Positions 11,801 through 23,799 of a stretch of DNA of 64,000 nucleotides are shown here, piece after piece. The position numbers and the translations under genes are program-made. A model generated the notes under the pieces. The model saw nothing but the letters and a program-made list of their open reading frames with translations, made no database searches and was not told the origin of the DNA. The first letter of the stretch is position 1, and the number at the start of each line of letters is the position of its first letter. Origin of the DNA: Malacoraja senta (Eukaryota); NCBI GenBank assembly GCA_038087875.1, contig JAXLNO010000382.1, forward strand, positions 1 through 64,000. Reading direction: 5' to 3'.

Positions 11801-14800
11801 TTGTCATGTGTCCCTGATAGGACAATGAAATTCTTGCTTTGCTTCAGCACAACAGAACATAGTAGGCATGAATACAGAACAGATCAGTGTGTCCATATAC
11901 CATTATATTAATATATACACACATGAATAAATCCGAAACGGCACCGATTTCTGCTGTTTCCCTGATGCGGGTGAGTTGTTGGAAGTTATAGGTGAACCTT
12001 CTATGTTCTGGTGCTTCGCAAAAGTCACCGCAGGCAGGCGCCATCTTGTATGTCCCCGTGACCGCGTGGGTTTTCTCCAGGATCTTCGGGTTTCCTCCCA
12101 CACTCCAAAGACGTACAGGTTTATAGGTTAATTGGCTTGGTGTAAATGTGAAATTGTCCCTAGTGTGTAGGTTAATGTGCGGGGATCGCTGGTCGATGCG
12201 GACTCGGAGAGCCGAAGGGCCTGTTTCTGCGCTGTATCTCTAAACTAAATGATAACTGGGAAAGGAGTGCCCCGATTACCACTGCTCTACCCATCTTATA
12301 GAAAGCCTATCAACGCCTCTACTTCCTTAGAAGATTCATCTTACCAACAAAAACTCTTTTGAACCTCTACATGTAGAGCGCATATTCACAGGTTGCATCA
12401 CGGCCTGGTTTGACAACGCGAAGCATCAAAGATTAGACAGTTGTGAACACTGCCCAGTCCATCACCGGCTCCAACCTCCCCACCATCAAAGGGATCTACA
12501 GGAGTTGCTCCCTAAAAAAGGCAACCAGCATCACCGGAGACCCACACCACCTTGGCCACGCGCGCATTTCACTCCTACCTTCAGGAAGAAGTATGGCCAC
12601 CAGGTTCAAGAACAGCTTCTTCCAAAAAACTGGGTGGCTTAGTAGCACAGCACCAGAGATCCGGGTTCATGGGTGCTGTCTGCACAGTGTGCACATCCTT
12701 CCTGTGACTGTGTGGGATTTCGCCGGGTGCTCCGGTTTCCACCCACTTTCCAAAGACGTGTGGGTTCAAATTGGCGTTGGTAATATTGTCAAATTAGTGT
12801 GTAGGATAGTACAAGTGTACAGGGTGATCGCTGTTTGGCAGACTCGGTGGGCCGAAGGGCCTGTTTCCACACTGTACCTCTAAAGTCTAAAAACCATCAG
12901 GCTCTTGAACACGACACACTTACCTCAAATATGAATAATGGACTGTTGCAGGTTGAACAAATAACTTCAGAGGGTATTGTGATATTAATTCATTGAATCT
13001 TTGTTTATTATATATTATGAGTACTGTGTTTACAGGCCTGCTTTGCTGCTGCAAGTAAAAATGGCATTGTTCTGTTGTCAGTATGTATAACAATTAAACA
13101 CTCCCTTGAACATCAGTCTAACGCTGCCTTGGAGGGTGAGAGAGAGAATACTCCAGCCATGGGCACAGATGGTCAACCATCTGACAACTCGGGGAAAGCA
13201 CTGCATATACTGTGCTGCAAACGAGTTTTATAGTAAACCTGTAGCCCGTCACCATTAGGTCAACCTTAAAAGCAGTGCTGGCCAGATGACAGCCGATATC
13301 TAACAAACGGTGACACATCACAAACCACACCGGCAGCTCTGGGTGTGGACGAGAGCAATGAGATGTCACCTGTTGCCTCTCAGCACCTCGAGAGGATCGG
13401 AGAAGTCACACTGCAGAAAAAATTTACAAGGACATCGCCAGGACTTGAGCTATAGGGAGAGGTTGTGCAGGCTAGGATTTTTAATGAGGATGTTGTCAGG
13501 ACTCGAGGGTCTGAGCTATAGGGAGAGATTGAGCGGGATTGAACTCTATTCCTTGGAGCGCAGGAGGATGAGGGATGATCTCATGGTGGTGTACAATATC
13601 ATGAGATGAATAGATTGGGTAGACGCAGTCTCTTGCCCAGAGTAGGGGAATCGAGGTTTAAGGTGAGAGGGGGAAAGATTTTATAGGAATCTGAGGGGTC
13701 ACTTTTCATGCAAAGAGTGGTGGGTGTATGGAACGAGCTGCCACAGGAGGTAGTTGAGACAGGTACATGGATAGATTTGGAGGGATATGGGCCAAATGCA
13801 GGCAGGTGGGATGAATGTGGGTGGGGCATGTTGGGCCGAAGGGGCTGTTTCCACATTGATTCACTCTATGACCTGATGCCGCTTAGCACCACGAGAGCAT
13901 CGGAGAAATCACCTGTTGTAAACAAACCTTCTATTGGCAGCTTGTTCCATGTACCCACCACACTCTTAACAGTTGGCCCTCTAATCCCCTTTAAATCTCT
14001 TCCCTCCATTTCTAGTCTCTCCTATCGAGAAAATGCCCCCCACGATTTTACACACCTCTATAAGATCACCTGTGCCTAGTGGTGTGCCTCAGGGTTCGGT
14101 GCTGGGCCTGTTACTGTTTGTCATTTATATCAATGATTTGGATGAGAACATACAGGACACGATCAGCAAGTTCCCTGATGATACAAAAGTGGGTAGTTTT
14201 GCAGATAGTTGTAATAATTACAACAGGATCTTGATTGGTTGGTCAGGTGAGCTGACGGAATTTAATACAAAGAAATGTGAGGTGTTGCATTTCAAGTCTA
14301 ACATGGGCAGGACCTAGTGTCTGAAGGGTCTCGACCCGAAACGGCACCCATTCCTTCTCTCCAGAGATGCTGCCTGCCCCGCTGAGTTACTCCAGCATTT
14401 TGTGTCTACCTACAGTGCAAGGTAGGGCTCTGGGGAGTGTTGTAGAGCAATCTGTGAGTGCAGGTGCATGGTTCCTTGAAGGTGGAGTCACAGGTAGATA
14501 GGGTTGTCCAGGGAATAAAGTCCCAGCCCAGCCAGCCTCTTATAATTCATGCCCGCAAGTCCTGGTAACATAGTCGTATATCCTTACTGATCTCTCTGCA
14601 GTTTAATAACGTCCTTCCTGCAGCAGGGTGAGCAGAAATGCACACTGTACTCCAGGTGTGGTCTCATCTACAGAAGGCACACCATTACCTCCAGATTCAG
14701 GGACAGTTTCTTCCCAGCAGTTATCAGGCAACTGAACCATCCTACCACAACCAGAGAGCAGTCCTGAACTACTATCTATCTCATTGGTTACCCTCAGACT

Positions 14801-15224
14801 ATCCTTGATTGGACTTTGCTGGCTTTACCTTGCACTAAACAATACACTGTATACTGTATGGCTCGATTGTAATCATGCATTGTCTTTCTGCTGACTGGAT
14901 AGCACGCAACAAATGCTTTTCACCGTACCTGGGTACACATGACAATAAACTAAACTGATTCAGTCTCAGGGTCATTCACCTCCCTGACACAGAAGAGTGC
15001 CACCGGTCTCTCACCCCTGACCCTGGACCTTGTAGCACCATGGATGTACCTGCAGCCCAAGACCAACGCACACCACCACCACCACCAGGTGGGCTACAGA
15101 CTCTGAGCCCCATCATTCATACACAGCTTCTTTTTGCTTTAATATAGACCTGTGTTGAAGCCAGAGCCATCTACTGCCTGGGAAGTTTAAAGAGATTGAC
15201 CGAAGACTGACTGGTAGCGTACCT

Positions 15225-15523
15225 GGGCAGCACGGTGGCGCAGCATTAGTTGCTGCCTCACAGCGCCAGAGACCCGGGTTCAATCCTGACTACGGCTGCT
15301 GTCTGCACGGAGTTTGTACATTCTCCCTGTGACCTGCGTGGATTTTCTACAGGTGACCTGGTTTCCTCCCACACTCCAGACGTACAGGTTTGTAGGCTAA
15401 TTGGCTTCGGTATAATTGTAAATTGTCCCGAGTGTGTGTAGGATAGTGTTAGTGTGTTGGGGATCACTGGTCGGTGCAGACTCGGTGGGCCGTAGGGCCT
15501 TTTTCTGCACTGTATCTCTAAAT
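15225..15523 (+). mobile_element. tRNA-derived V-SINE (HE1-like), representative full copy
   Basis: A-box GGTGGCGCAG, B-box GGTTCAATCC, V-domain (ggagtttgtac...ggtttcctcccaca), CR1-like 3' end gggccg.agggcct...ctgtatctctaaa. Other copies near 7405, 11330-12250 (split), 19445-20170 (split), 23335, 34836(-), 35485, 41515(-), 46857, 47890, 48470(-), 50080, 58035. Confidence 0.9.
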
Positions 15524-16309
15524 TATACTTGGTGCAGTACAGGTCTGGTATGGCAATTGCAATGTACTGCACAGGAGACTGCAGAGAGTGATGGACTCAG
15601 CCCGGTCTATCATGGGCACAGCCCTCCCCACCATCGAGAGCATCTCCACCAGTCGCTGCCTCAAGTATCATCAAGGATCCCCACCATCCGAGCCTTGCCC
15701 ACTTCCCACTGCTACCGTTGGGCAGGAGGTACAGAAGCCTGGTCCCACACCACCAGCTTCTTTCCAGCAACCAACAGGTTCTTGAAGCGACCCACACAAC
15801 CCTAATCCCACCTCAGCAACAGAACACTACAGACCAACTCCTGCACTAACGTGGACTTGTTTTCTCACCGTGTCTTGCTGTGGTTTTTTGTGCTGAATCT
15901 TTTTTCTTTTTGCTGCCTTGCAGAATTGATGTGCAATTTATAATTCTGTGTATTGTCTCTGTGCCTGCGCTGGTGTTGTTCATTGTTGCTGTACTTCACC
16001 GGACCTGTGCGAAGGGGAATAAACTCGGCTGCACTGGTGGAGATTGCTCTGCATAGGTGGGGTCAGAGCAATCTCTCTTTGTTCACCAGTCTCTGTAGCG
16101 GAATACAGTCAAACACTGCAATGCTGAGGTTACCTCGTTAAACGTGCAGCATTACCAATCGCGGCTGCCTCTAAACTGGCAGAAAGCTGGTGCTGCTGTT
16201 CCATGGAGCCGACCAGAACCAAAAGCACGGCCATCCCCCACGGAGATAGAGACACAATGCTGGAGTAACCCAGCGGGACAGGCAGCATCTCTGGAGAGAA
16301 GGAATGGGT

Positions 16310-16337
16310 GACGTTTCGGGTCGAGACCCTTCTTCAG
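16310..16337 (-). ncRNA. Minimal type I hammerhead ribozyme motif in a Penelope-like terminal segment
   Basis: Minus strand reads CUGAAGA-A-GGGU-CUCG-ACCC-GAAAC-GUC: both conserved core boxes, helix II and an NUH triplet. Confidence 0.7.
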
Positions 16338-16764
16338 ATTGTCTCAACCCAAAACGTCGTCCATTCCTTCTACCCAGAGATGGCAGGAACGGGGTACTGA
16401 TTGGGGATGATCAGCCATGATCACATTGAATGGCGGTGCTGGCTCGAAGGGCCAAATGATCTACTCCTGCACCTATTGTCTATTGTCACTCCAGCTTGTA
16501 GTGTCTATCTTCGGTGTAAACCAGCATCTGCAGTTCCTTCCCAGCCATTCCACCGGTTTCTTCTGCACGATTTACCCTGACTGGTGCGAGCAGGCAGCTT
16601 GTGAAACGATCGTGTGGCTGAATGCTATTCCATAAGATATTAGTGGTGGTGAGTGTTTGACACTATTGAGTCCACTAGCATCTAGCACCTCTTGCTGCAG
16701 AGACCATAGCAGGAAGCCTCATCAACACTCTTCATTAAATACTTCCTGACCACATATGGATCAG

Positions 16765-17280
16765 GTTAGATACAGTGAAGCTGCCTCGACACTGTGCCAT
16801 CCGTCACACACTCCCACACCAGGAGAGGGCCAGGTTAGATACAGAGTGAAGCTGCCTCTACACCATCCCGTCACACATTGGGGGCAGTGACTTCACTGTC
16901 GACACAGAGTAAAGCACCCTATATACACTGTCCCATTAAACATCACCAGCGTAGGGACAACAACATTTAGATACTGATTAAGCTCCCTCTACACTGTCCC
17001 AATACACTCCCAGGCAAGGAGTAAACACTCAATACAGAGTGACGCTCTCTACACTGCACCTTCACATACTCCCAGCACACATGGAGTAAAGATTCAATAG
17101 AATGACACTCTCTCTACACTGCCCCGTCACACACTCCCAGGCAAGGAGTAAACACAATACAGAGTGAAGCTCCCTCTACACCGCACCATGACATACTCCC
17201 AGAGGAGTGGTAAACACCGAGTGAAGCTTCCTCTACACTGTCCCATCACACACACTCCCAGGGAAGATGGAGTACACGTT
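16765..17280. repeat. Degenerate tandem repeat, roughly 60-65 bp unit (gatacagagtgaagctccctctacactgtcccatcacacactcccagg), about 8 copies
   Basis: Recurrent ctctacact and actcccag motifs at about 60-bp spacing. Confidence 0.8.
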
Positions 17281-17294
17281 CGATAATAGTGTAA

Positions 17295-17532
17295 AGGGCC
17301 TGTCCCACTTTCATGACCTAATTCACGACCTCTGCCGAGTTTGCCCTTGACTCATACTCGCAGCATGGTCGTCACGAAGGCGTAGGAGGTCGTAGGTAGG
17401 GCGTAGGTAGGCCGTGATGCAGGTCGTAGGTACTCGTGGCATCAAGTAGGTCGGGGCATTTTTCTAGCATGATGAAAAATGTCCACGAGTAAAAAAGGTC
17501 GTGAATTAGGTCGTGAAAGTGGGACAGGCCCT
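17295..17532. mobile_element. PIF/Harbinger-type MITE
   Basis: About 36-bp TIRs AGGGCCTGTCCCACTTTCA(T/C)GACCTAATTCACGACC; TAA on both flanks (17292-17294, 17533-17535); non-coding. Confidence 0.85.
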
Positions 17533-18358
17533 TAAAGCTGCCCCTGCTCCATCCAGGCACATTGAGCGGGGTGAGACAGCAAGTTACACTGGTTCCCCCC
17601 TCACAGGGCTGTCCACAGTTAACGAGGCTGCACAGTGTATGTGAGGAGGCAGCGTGGAGTTAGAGCAGAGACGGAGGGGGGGGGGGGGTTAATGTTCCAG
17701 CAGTGTGTGTCCCGGACACAGGGGTATCTGCAAGAGAGGGCCGGCCCAGACCGGGCAGTAATCCGGAGAGTGTCGGCAGCCGAGGGTAGAGGCTGTGGAT
17801 CGCTGGTCCTTCCCGCCGAGTCTCCATGTGGCAGCGGCGTCACACTGTGGCAAGTCGCGACGGTTACTGGTTGGCGGGGCAGCTCCAGCCCATCGTTCTT
17901 CTCAAAGCCAGGGAGGGCAGCGGCCCGTAGGGCTGGAGCGAGAGCGCAGGTGGTGCTGAGGGCCTGGCACACGGTGCCCCCTCCAGTCCCAGTACCTGCT
18001 AAAGTCCCCATGCCACACAGCTCCATGATGCCAGGCTTACAACTGGTGGGAGGTCTCCTGCACCTGGCAGCCTTGCCCTGTCCGCTCTGTGCCTGATACC
18101 CGCTCCAGGGTCTGCCCACTCTGTGCTTGGTACCAGCTGCAGCCGATGCCAACATGACAAGTGGAGCGGAGCCTGTAGCACCCAGAGCCCTTGCCCAGTG
18201 CCCACTCCATGCCTGGTGTTCGCTCCAGTCCCAGTCACACAGCCCCACGATGCCAGTCTCAGGACAACTGCTGTTGAGCCTCCAGCACTGGCCACCCTTG
18301 CCCTGTCCACTCCAGTCCCAGTGCCCACAAGGGTCCTGGTGCCCAACAGCCACCAGTC

Positions 18359-18506
18359 TCAAGACAGCTGGTGAGGAGCCTCCAGCATCTCCATGAGGAA
18401 GGTGTCGATGGGGGTGTCGCCGATGAGCTTGAAAAAGAAGAGGTGTTCCAGGCACTTGAGGCCAATGGAGCGCAGAGCCGGCAGCCTCAGCAACAGCTTG
18501 GCAAAC
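18359..18506 (-). CDS. RXRB: RXR last coding exon, helices 10-12/AF-2: (R)[48 protein letters not shown]
   Basis: tag acceptor 18507-18509, TGA stop 18359-18361. C-terminus EAPHQLS is closest to RXRB (EAPHQLA) versus RXRA (EAPHQMT) or RXRG (ETPLQIT). Paralogue call is less certain than the RXR call. Confidence 0.95.
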
Positions 18507-18554
18507 CTAGTACAGGGGGAGGGAGAGAACGTCAGTGGAAGATATACTCTCCCT

Positions 18555-19100
18555 CCAAACTACCGCCCCGTCCTTGCCACCCACCGCCCCGTCCCCCCAC
18601 CCACCGCCCTGTCCCTCTCGCCCACCGCCGTGTCCCTCTCCGACCCACCGCCCCATCCCTCTCCGCCCCACCGCCCCATCCATCTGACCCACCGCCCCTC
18701 CCCCACCCACAGCCCCTCACCCCCCGCCGTGTCCCCTCACCCACCGCCGTGTCCCCCCACCCACCGTCCTGTCCCTCTTGCCCACCGCCGTGTCCCTCTC
18801 CGACCCACCGCCCCATCCATCTGACCCACCGCCCCTCCCCCCCACCCACAGCCCCTCCCCCCCACCCACAGCCCCTCACCCCCCACCCACTGCCCTGTCC
18901 CTCTCGCCCACCGCCGTGTCCCTCTCCGACCCACCGCCCCATCCATCTGACCCAGCGCCACCCCCCACCCATGGCCCCCCCCCCCATCCACGGCCCCTCC
19001 CCCCACCACCACCAACCGCCCCATCCTCACCCCTACCCCCACCCACCGACCGCACCTCCCCCCACCCACCCACCGCCCTGTCCCTCCGACCTACTGCCCC
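18555..19100. repeat. C-rich (G-rich on the transcribed strand) imperfect tandem repeat in the last RXR intron
   Basis: Repeated cccaccgccgtgtccctctccgacccaccgccccatcc blocks. Confidence 0.85.
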
Positions 19101-19178
19101 GGAGGGAGGGAGGTATGAGGGAGGGGGTGAGTGAGGGAGGGAGGGAGGGAGGGCAGGGACCAGCACTCACAGACTCAC

Positions 19179-19284
19179 CTGCCCAGCTGGTCAGGGTACT
19201 TCTGTTTGCAGTACGACTCCAGTGAGGCATACACCTTCTCCCGCTGGACCTCCACATCTGCTGCATTGGACAGGCCCTTGGCAT
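19179..19284 (-). CDS. RXRB: RXR LBD exon: (D)[34 protein letters not shown](R)
   Basis: Translated by hand (absent from the ORF track); cacag acceptor, gtgagt donor at 19178; 106 bp, phase 1 to 2. DAKGL, EV and CKQKY residues resemble RXRB more than RXRA or RXRG. Confidence 0.94.
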
Positions 19285-20794
19285 CTGTGGGCCAGAGTGA
19301 ACAGAGAGAGGTCATATCAGTCTCATTCAACAAATACCCCAGTGCACGACAGCCCCAGGATCAACTCCCCCCCCCCCCCCCCCACCATCACGTGTTTCCA
19401 CAAGGCCCATTACAACATAGTTGCTGAATCAAGGAACACTATCTCTAGCACGGTGGAGCAGCGGTAGAGTTGCTGCCTCACAGCACCAGAGACCCGGGTT
19501 CCATCCTGACTACGGGTGCTGTCTATACGGAGTTTGTACCTTCTCCCCGTGACCACAATGGTGTTCTCCGAGATCTTTGGTTTCCTCCCACACTCATACT
19601 TATCATACTTCTGAAATGTCCTTCCCGAAGCTAGGATACTTCCATAATATTGGATTCAACTCTACTGCATTGTGGATGTTGGACTTTGTCCGAGGAACTG
19701 ACGCGCTACAATGCTGAGAATTCGATTCTCCACTTCATATCTTCCCATTTGCTCTATCTATTGTACGAGTTTAAACTGATTGTATCCATGCATGGTATAT
19801 CTGATCTGTTTGGATAGCATTAAAAGAAAACTTTTCACTGTGCCTCGGTACATATGACAATAATAAACCGAAACTGCCAGATTTCAAGAGAGAGTTAGAT
19901 TTAGCTGTTCGGGTTAAAGGAATCAAGGGATATGGGGGAAAAGCCGGAACGGGGTAGTGATTTTGAATGGCGGTGCTGGCTCGAAAGGCCGCATGGCCTA
20001 CTCCTGCACCTATTGTCTATGTTTCTATATTACTCCAAAGAGGTTTGTAGTTTAATTGACTTGGTATAAATGTAAAAATTGTCCCTAGTGGGTGTAGGAT
20101 AGTGTTAATGAGCAGGGATCGCTGGTCAGTGAGGACTTGGTGGGCTGAAGGGCCTGTTTCTCTAAACTACACAAAAAATTGACCATAGTTGCTGAATTAA
20201 AGAACTCTATTTGTATTACTTACTTCGAAAGTTAGTTTATTGTCAAGTGTAATGAGGTGCAGTGAAAAGTTTTTGGTTGCGTGCTATCCAGTCAGCAGAA
20301 AGACTAGACATGGTTACAAATCGCAGCGAATTGCGGACGCAGCCCAGACCATCACACAAACCAAACACCCTTCCATTGACTCCATCTACACCTCACGCTA
20401 CCTCGGCAAGGCCAGCAACATTATCATGCATGACTCGCACCCTGGCCACTCCCTCTTCTCCCCTCTCCCATCGGGCAAAAGGTACAGAAGTGTGAAAACA
20501 CACACCTCCAGATTCAGGGACAGTTTTTTCCCTGTTGTTGAACAACAACTAGAGAGTGGACCTGATCTACTTTGCTGGCTTTATATAGCACTAAATATTA
20601 TTCCCTTATCATGTATCTGCACACTGTAAATGGCTCAATTGTAATCATGTATTGTCTTTCCGCTGACTGGTTAGCATGCAACAAAATCTTTTCACTGTAC
20701 CTTGGTACACGTGACAATAATCTAAACAAGTTTAGTGCAAGATAAAGTCCAGTAAAGTCCGTTTAAAGATAGTCCGTGGGTTTCCATTGAGGTA

Positions 20795-22428
20795 CAGTGC
20801 CCTCCATAATGTTTGGGACAAAGACACATCATTTATTTATTTGCATCTCTACTCCACAATTTGAGATTTGTAATAGAAGAAATCACGTGGTTAAAGTGCA
20901 CATTGTCAGATTTTATTAAAGGGTATTTTTATACATTTTGGGTTCACCATGTAGAAATAACAGCTGTGTTTATACATAGCCCCCCCCCATTTCAGGGCAC
21001 CATAATGTTTGGGACACATGGCTTCACAGGTATTTGTAATTGCTCAGGTGTGTTGAATTGCCTCCTTAATGCAGGTATAAGAGAGCTCACAGCACCTAGT
21101 CTTTCCTCCAGTCTTTCCATAACCTTTGGAAACTTTTATTGCTGTTTATCAACATGAAGACCAAAGTTGTGCCAATGAAAGTCAAATAAGCCATTATGAG
21201 ACTGAGAAACAAGAATAAAACTGTTAGAGACATCAGCCAAACCTTAGGCTTACCAAAATCAACTGCTTAGAACATCATTAAGAAGAGAGCACTGGTGAGC
21301 TTACTAATCGCAAAGGGACTGGCAGGCCAAGGAACACCTCCACAGCTGATGACAGAAGAATTCTCTCTATAATAAAGAAAAATCCCCAAACATCTGTCCG
21401 ACAGATCAGAAACACTCTTCAGGAGTCAGGTGTGGATTTGTCAATGACCACTGTCCGCAGAAGACTTCATGAACAGAAATACAGAGGCTACACTGCAAGA
21501 CGCAAACCACTGGTTAGCCGCAAAAATAGGATGGCCAGGTTAGTTTGCCTAGAAGTACTTAAAAGAGCAACCACAGTTCTGGAAAAAGATGAGACAGATG
21601 AGATGAAGATTAACTTATATCAGAGTGATGGCAAGAGCAAGGTATGGAGGAAAGAAGGAACTGCCCAAGATCCAAAGCATACCACCTCATCTGTGAAACA
21701 GTGGTGGGGGTGTTATGGCCTGGGCATGTATGGCTGCTGAAGGTACTGGCTCACTTATCTTCATTGATGATATAACTGCTGATGGTAGTAGCATAATGAA
21801 TTCTGAAGTATATAGACACATCCTATCTGCTCAAGTTCAAACAAATGCCTCCAAACTCATTGGCCGGCGTTTCATTCTACAGCAAGACAATGATCCCAAA
21901 CATACTGCTAAAGCAACAAAGGAGTTTTTCAAAGCTAGAAAATGGTCACTTCTTGAGTGGCCAAGTCAATCACCTGATCTGAACCCAATTGAGCATGCCT
22001 TTTATATGCTGAAGAGAAAACTGAAGGGGCCTAGCCCCCAAAACAAGCAGAAGCTAAAGATGACTGCAATACAGGCCGGGCAGATCATCATCAGACAAGA
22101 CACCCAGCAACTGGTGATGTCCATGAATCGCAGACTTCAAGCAGTCATTGCATGCAAAGGATATGCAACAAAATACTAAACATGACCACTTTCATTTACA
22201 TAACATTGCTATGCCCCAAACATTATGGTGTCCTGAAATGGGGGGACTATGATTAAACACTGCTGTAATTTCTACATGGTGAAACTGTATAAAAATGGTC
22301 TTTATTAAAATCTGACAATATGCACTTTAACCACATGTGATTTTTTTCTATCACAAATCTCAAATTGTGTAGTAGACACAAAATAAACAAATGATGGGTC
22401 TTTGTCCCAAACATTATGGAGGGCACTG
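20795..22428 (+). mobile_element. Second Tc1-family transposon, full length but decayed
   Basis: TIRs CAGTGCCCTCCATAATGTTTGGGACAAAGAC, TA on both flanks, inner direct repeats near 20995-21017 and 22210-22235. Transposase remnant 21154-22179 ([27 protein letters not shown]) with several stops and frameshifts. Confidence 0.94.
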
Positions 22429-22996
22429 TACATGGCGGTTCAGGACTGCTCTAGTTATTAACACACTAGGATGGTTCATTTGCCTGATAACAGCTAGGAA
22501 GAAACTGTCCCTGAATCTGGAGGTGTGCGTTTTCACACTTTTATACGTCTTGCCTGATAGGAGAGGGGAGAAGAGGGAGTGAACAGGGTGAGACTGGTCC
22601 TTGATGATGCTGCTGGCCTTGTCAGGTGTAGATGGAGTCAAAGGAAGGGAGGTTGGTTTGTGTGATGGTCTGGCCTGCGTTCACAACTCTCTGCAATTTC
22701 TTGCGGACTTGGATTTTGACCACAATTTTTAAATACTAAAGACTAAATGGGCTGTCCCACTGCGGCAACCTAATCCGCGAGTTCAGAAGAGTGTCTTCGA
22801 CCTTCAAGCTCGAGGGCACTCGCCTGAAAAACCTCGAGCTGGATCGCCCGTCGGTGCCCTATACGTGGCGTCTCTTTGCATACCGTGTATGGTACACAAG
22901 ACAAAGATTTTCACCTTCACCTGTCACGTGATAATAAAGTCACATTCATTCTCCCCTCACATTCCCACCGGGAGCGCTGGTCCGTGTTCCACCTAC

Positions 22997-23088
22997 CGGG
23001 ATTGAAGAGGATGATGGCTCGCAGGCAGCCCAGTTCCGACTTGTCCATCTGCATATCCCTCATCTTGGACACCAGCTCGGTCAGAACC
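22997..23088 (-). CDS. RXRB: RXR LBD exon: (R)[30 protein letters not shown](D)
   Basis: Pyrimidine tract plus ttgcag acceptor at 23089-23094, gtagg donor at 22996; 92 bp, phase 2 to 1. Confidence 0.96.
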
Positions 23089-23799
23089 CTGCAAGCAGTG
23101 GAGGGGAGGGGAAAGGATTGCATTACAGGGGGGGTCACCTCCTTCCCCGCCCACAACGGAACATTGTGGGCTCCACCCAAGTCATCGATGCAGGCTCGGC
23201 ATTGTTCCGTATCTTCTCATACCTCTGGAGAAGGGTCTCGACCCGAAACGTCACCCATTCCTTCCCTCCTGAGATCCTGCCTGTCCCACTGAGTTACTCC
23301 AGTATTTTGTGTCTATCCTCTCATACCTCTAGTTCATGGTGGCACAGTGGTGCAGCGATAGAGTTGCTGCCTCACAGCGCCAGAGACCCGGGTTCGACCC
23401 TGACTACGGATGCTGTCTGTACGGAGTTTGTACCTTCTCCCTGTGACCTGCGTGGGTTTTCCCTGAGATCGCCGGTTCCCTCCCACCCTTCAAAGACGTG
23501 CAGGTTTGTAGGTTAATTGGCTTGGTGTAAATGTAAATTGTCCCTAGTGTGTGTAGGACAGTGTTAGTGTGCAGGGATCGCTGGTCGGTGCGGACTCGGT
23601 GGGTCTAAGGGCCTGTTACCGCGGCTGTATCTCTAAACTAAACAAACCCAGACCAGTCTCGGGGAGTAGAGCTCCCCCAGCCAACCCGTCACGAGGCCCC
23701 ACCCTCTGTGGGGATAGTACAGGCCAGACAAAGGGTCATTGTCCTCTGCCAGAACAGGTGCAGTTTCAACAAGAGGATTGAACGACAGAGCAGAGGAAG

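Noticed and set aside
15225..15300. tRNA gene
   Set aside because: A and B boxes belong to the tRNA-derived head of a multi-copy V-SINE; no complete cloverleaf.
17619..19225. Long Pro/Gly-rich ORFs overlapping the RXR 3' end
   Set aside because: Alternative or antisense frames of the RXR exon, GC-rich UTR and low-complexity intron.
22746..22860. Third Harbinger-type MITE
   Set aside because: Only one TIR-like end (taaatgggctgtcccact) found; no matching right end.
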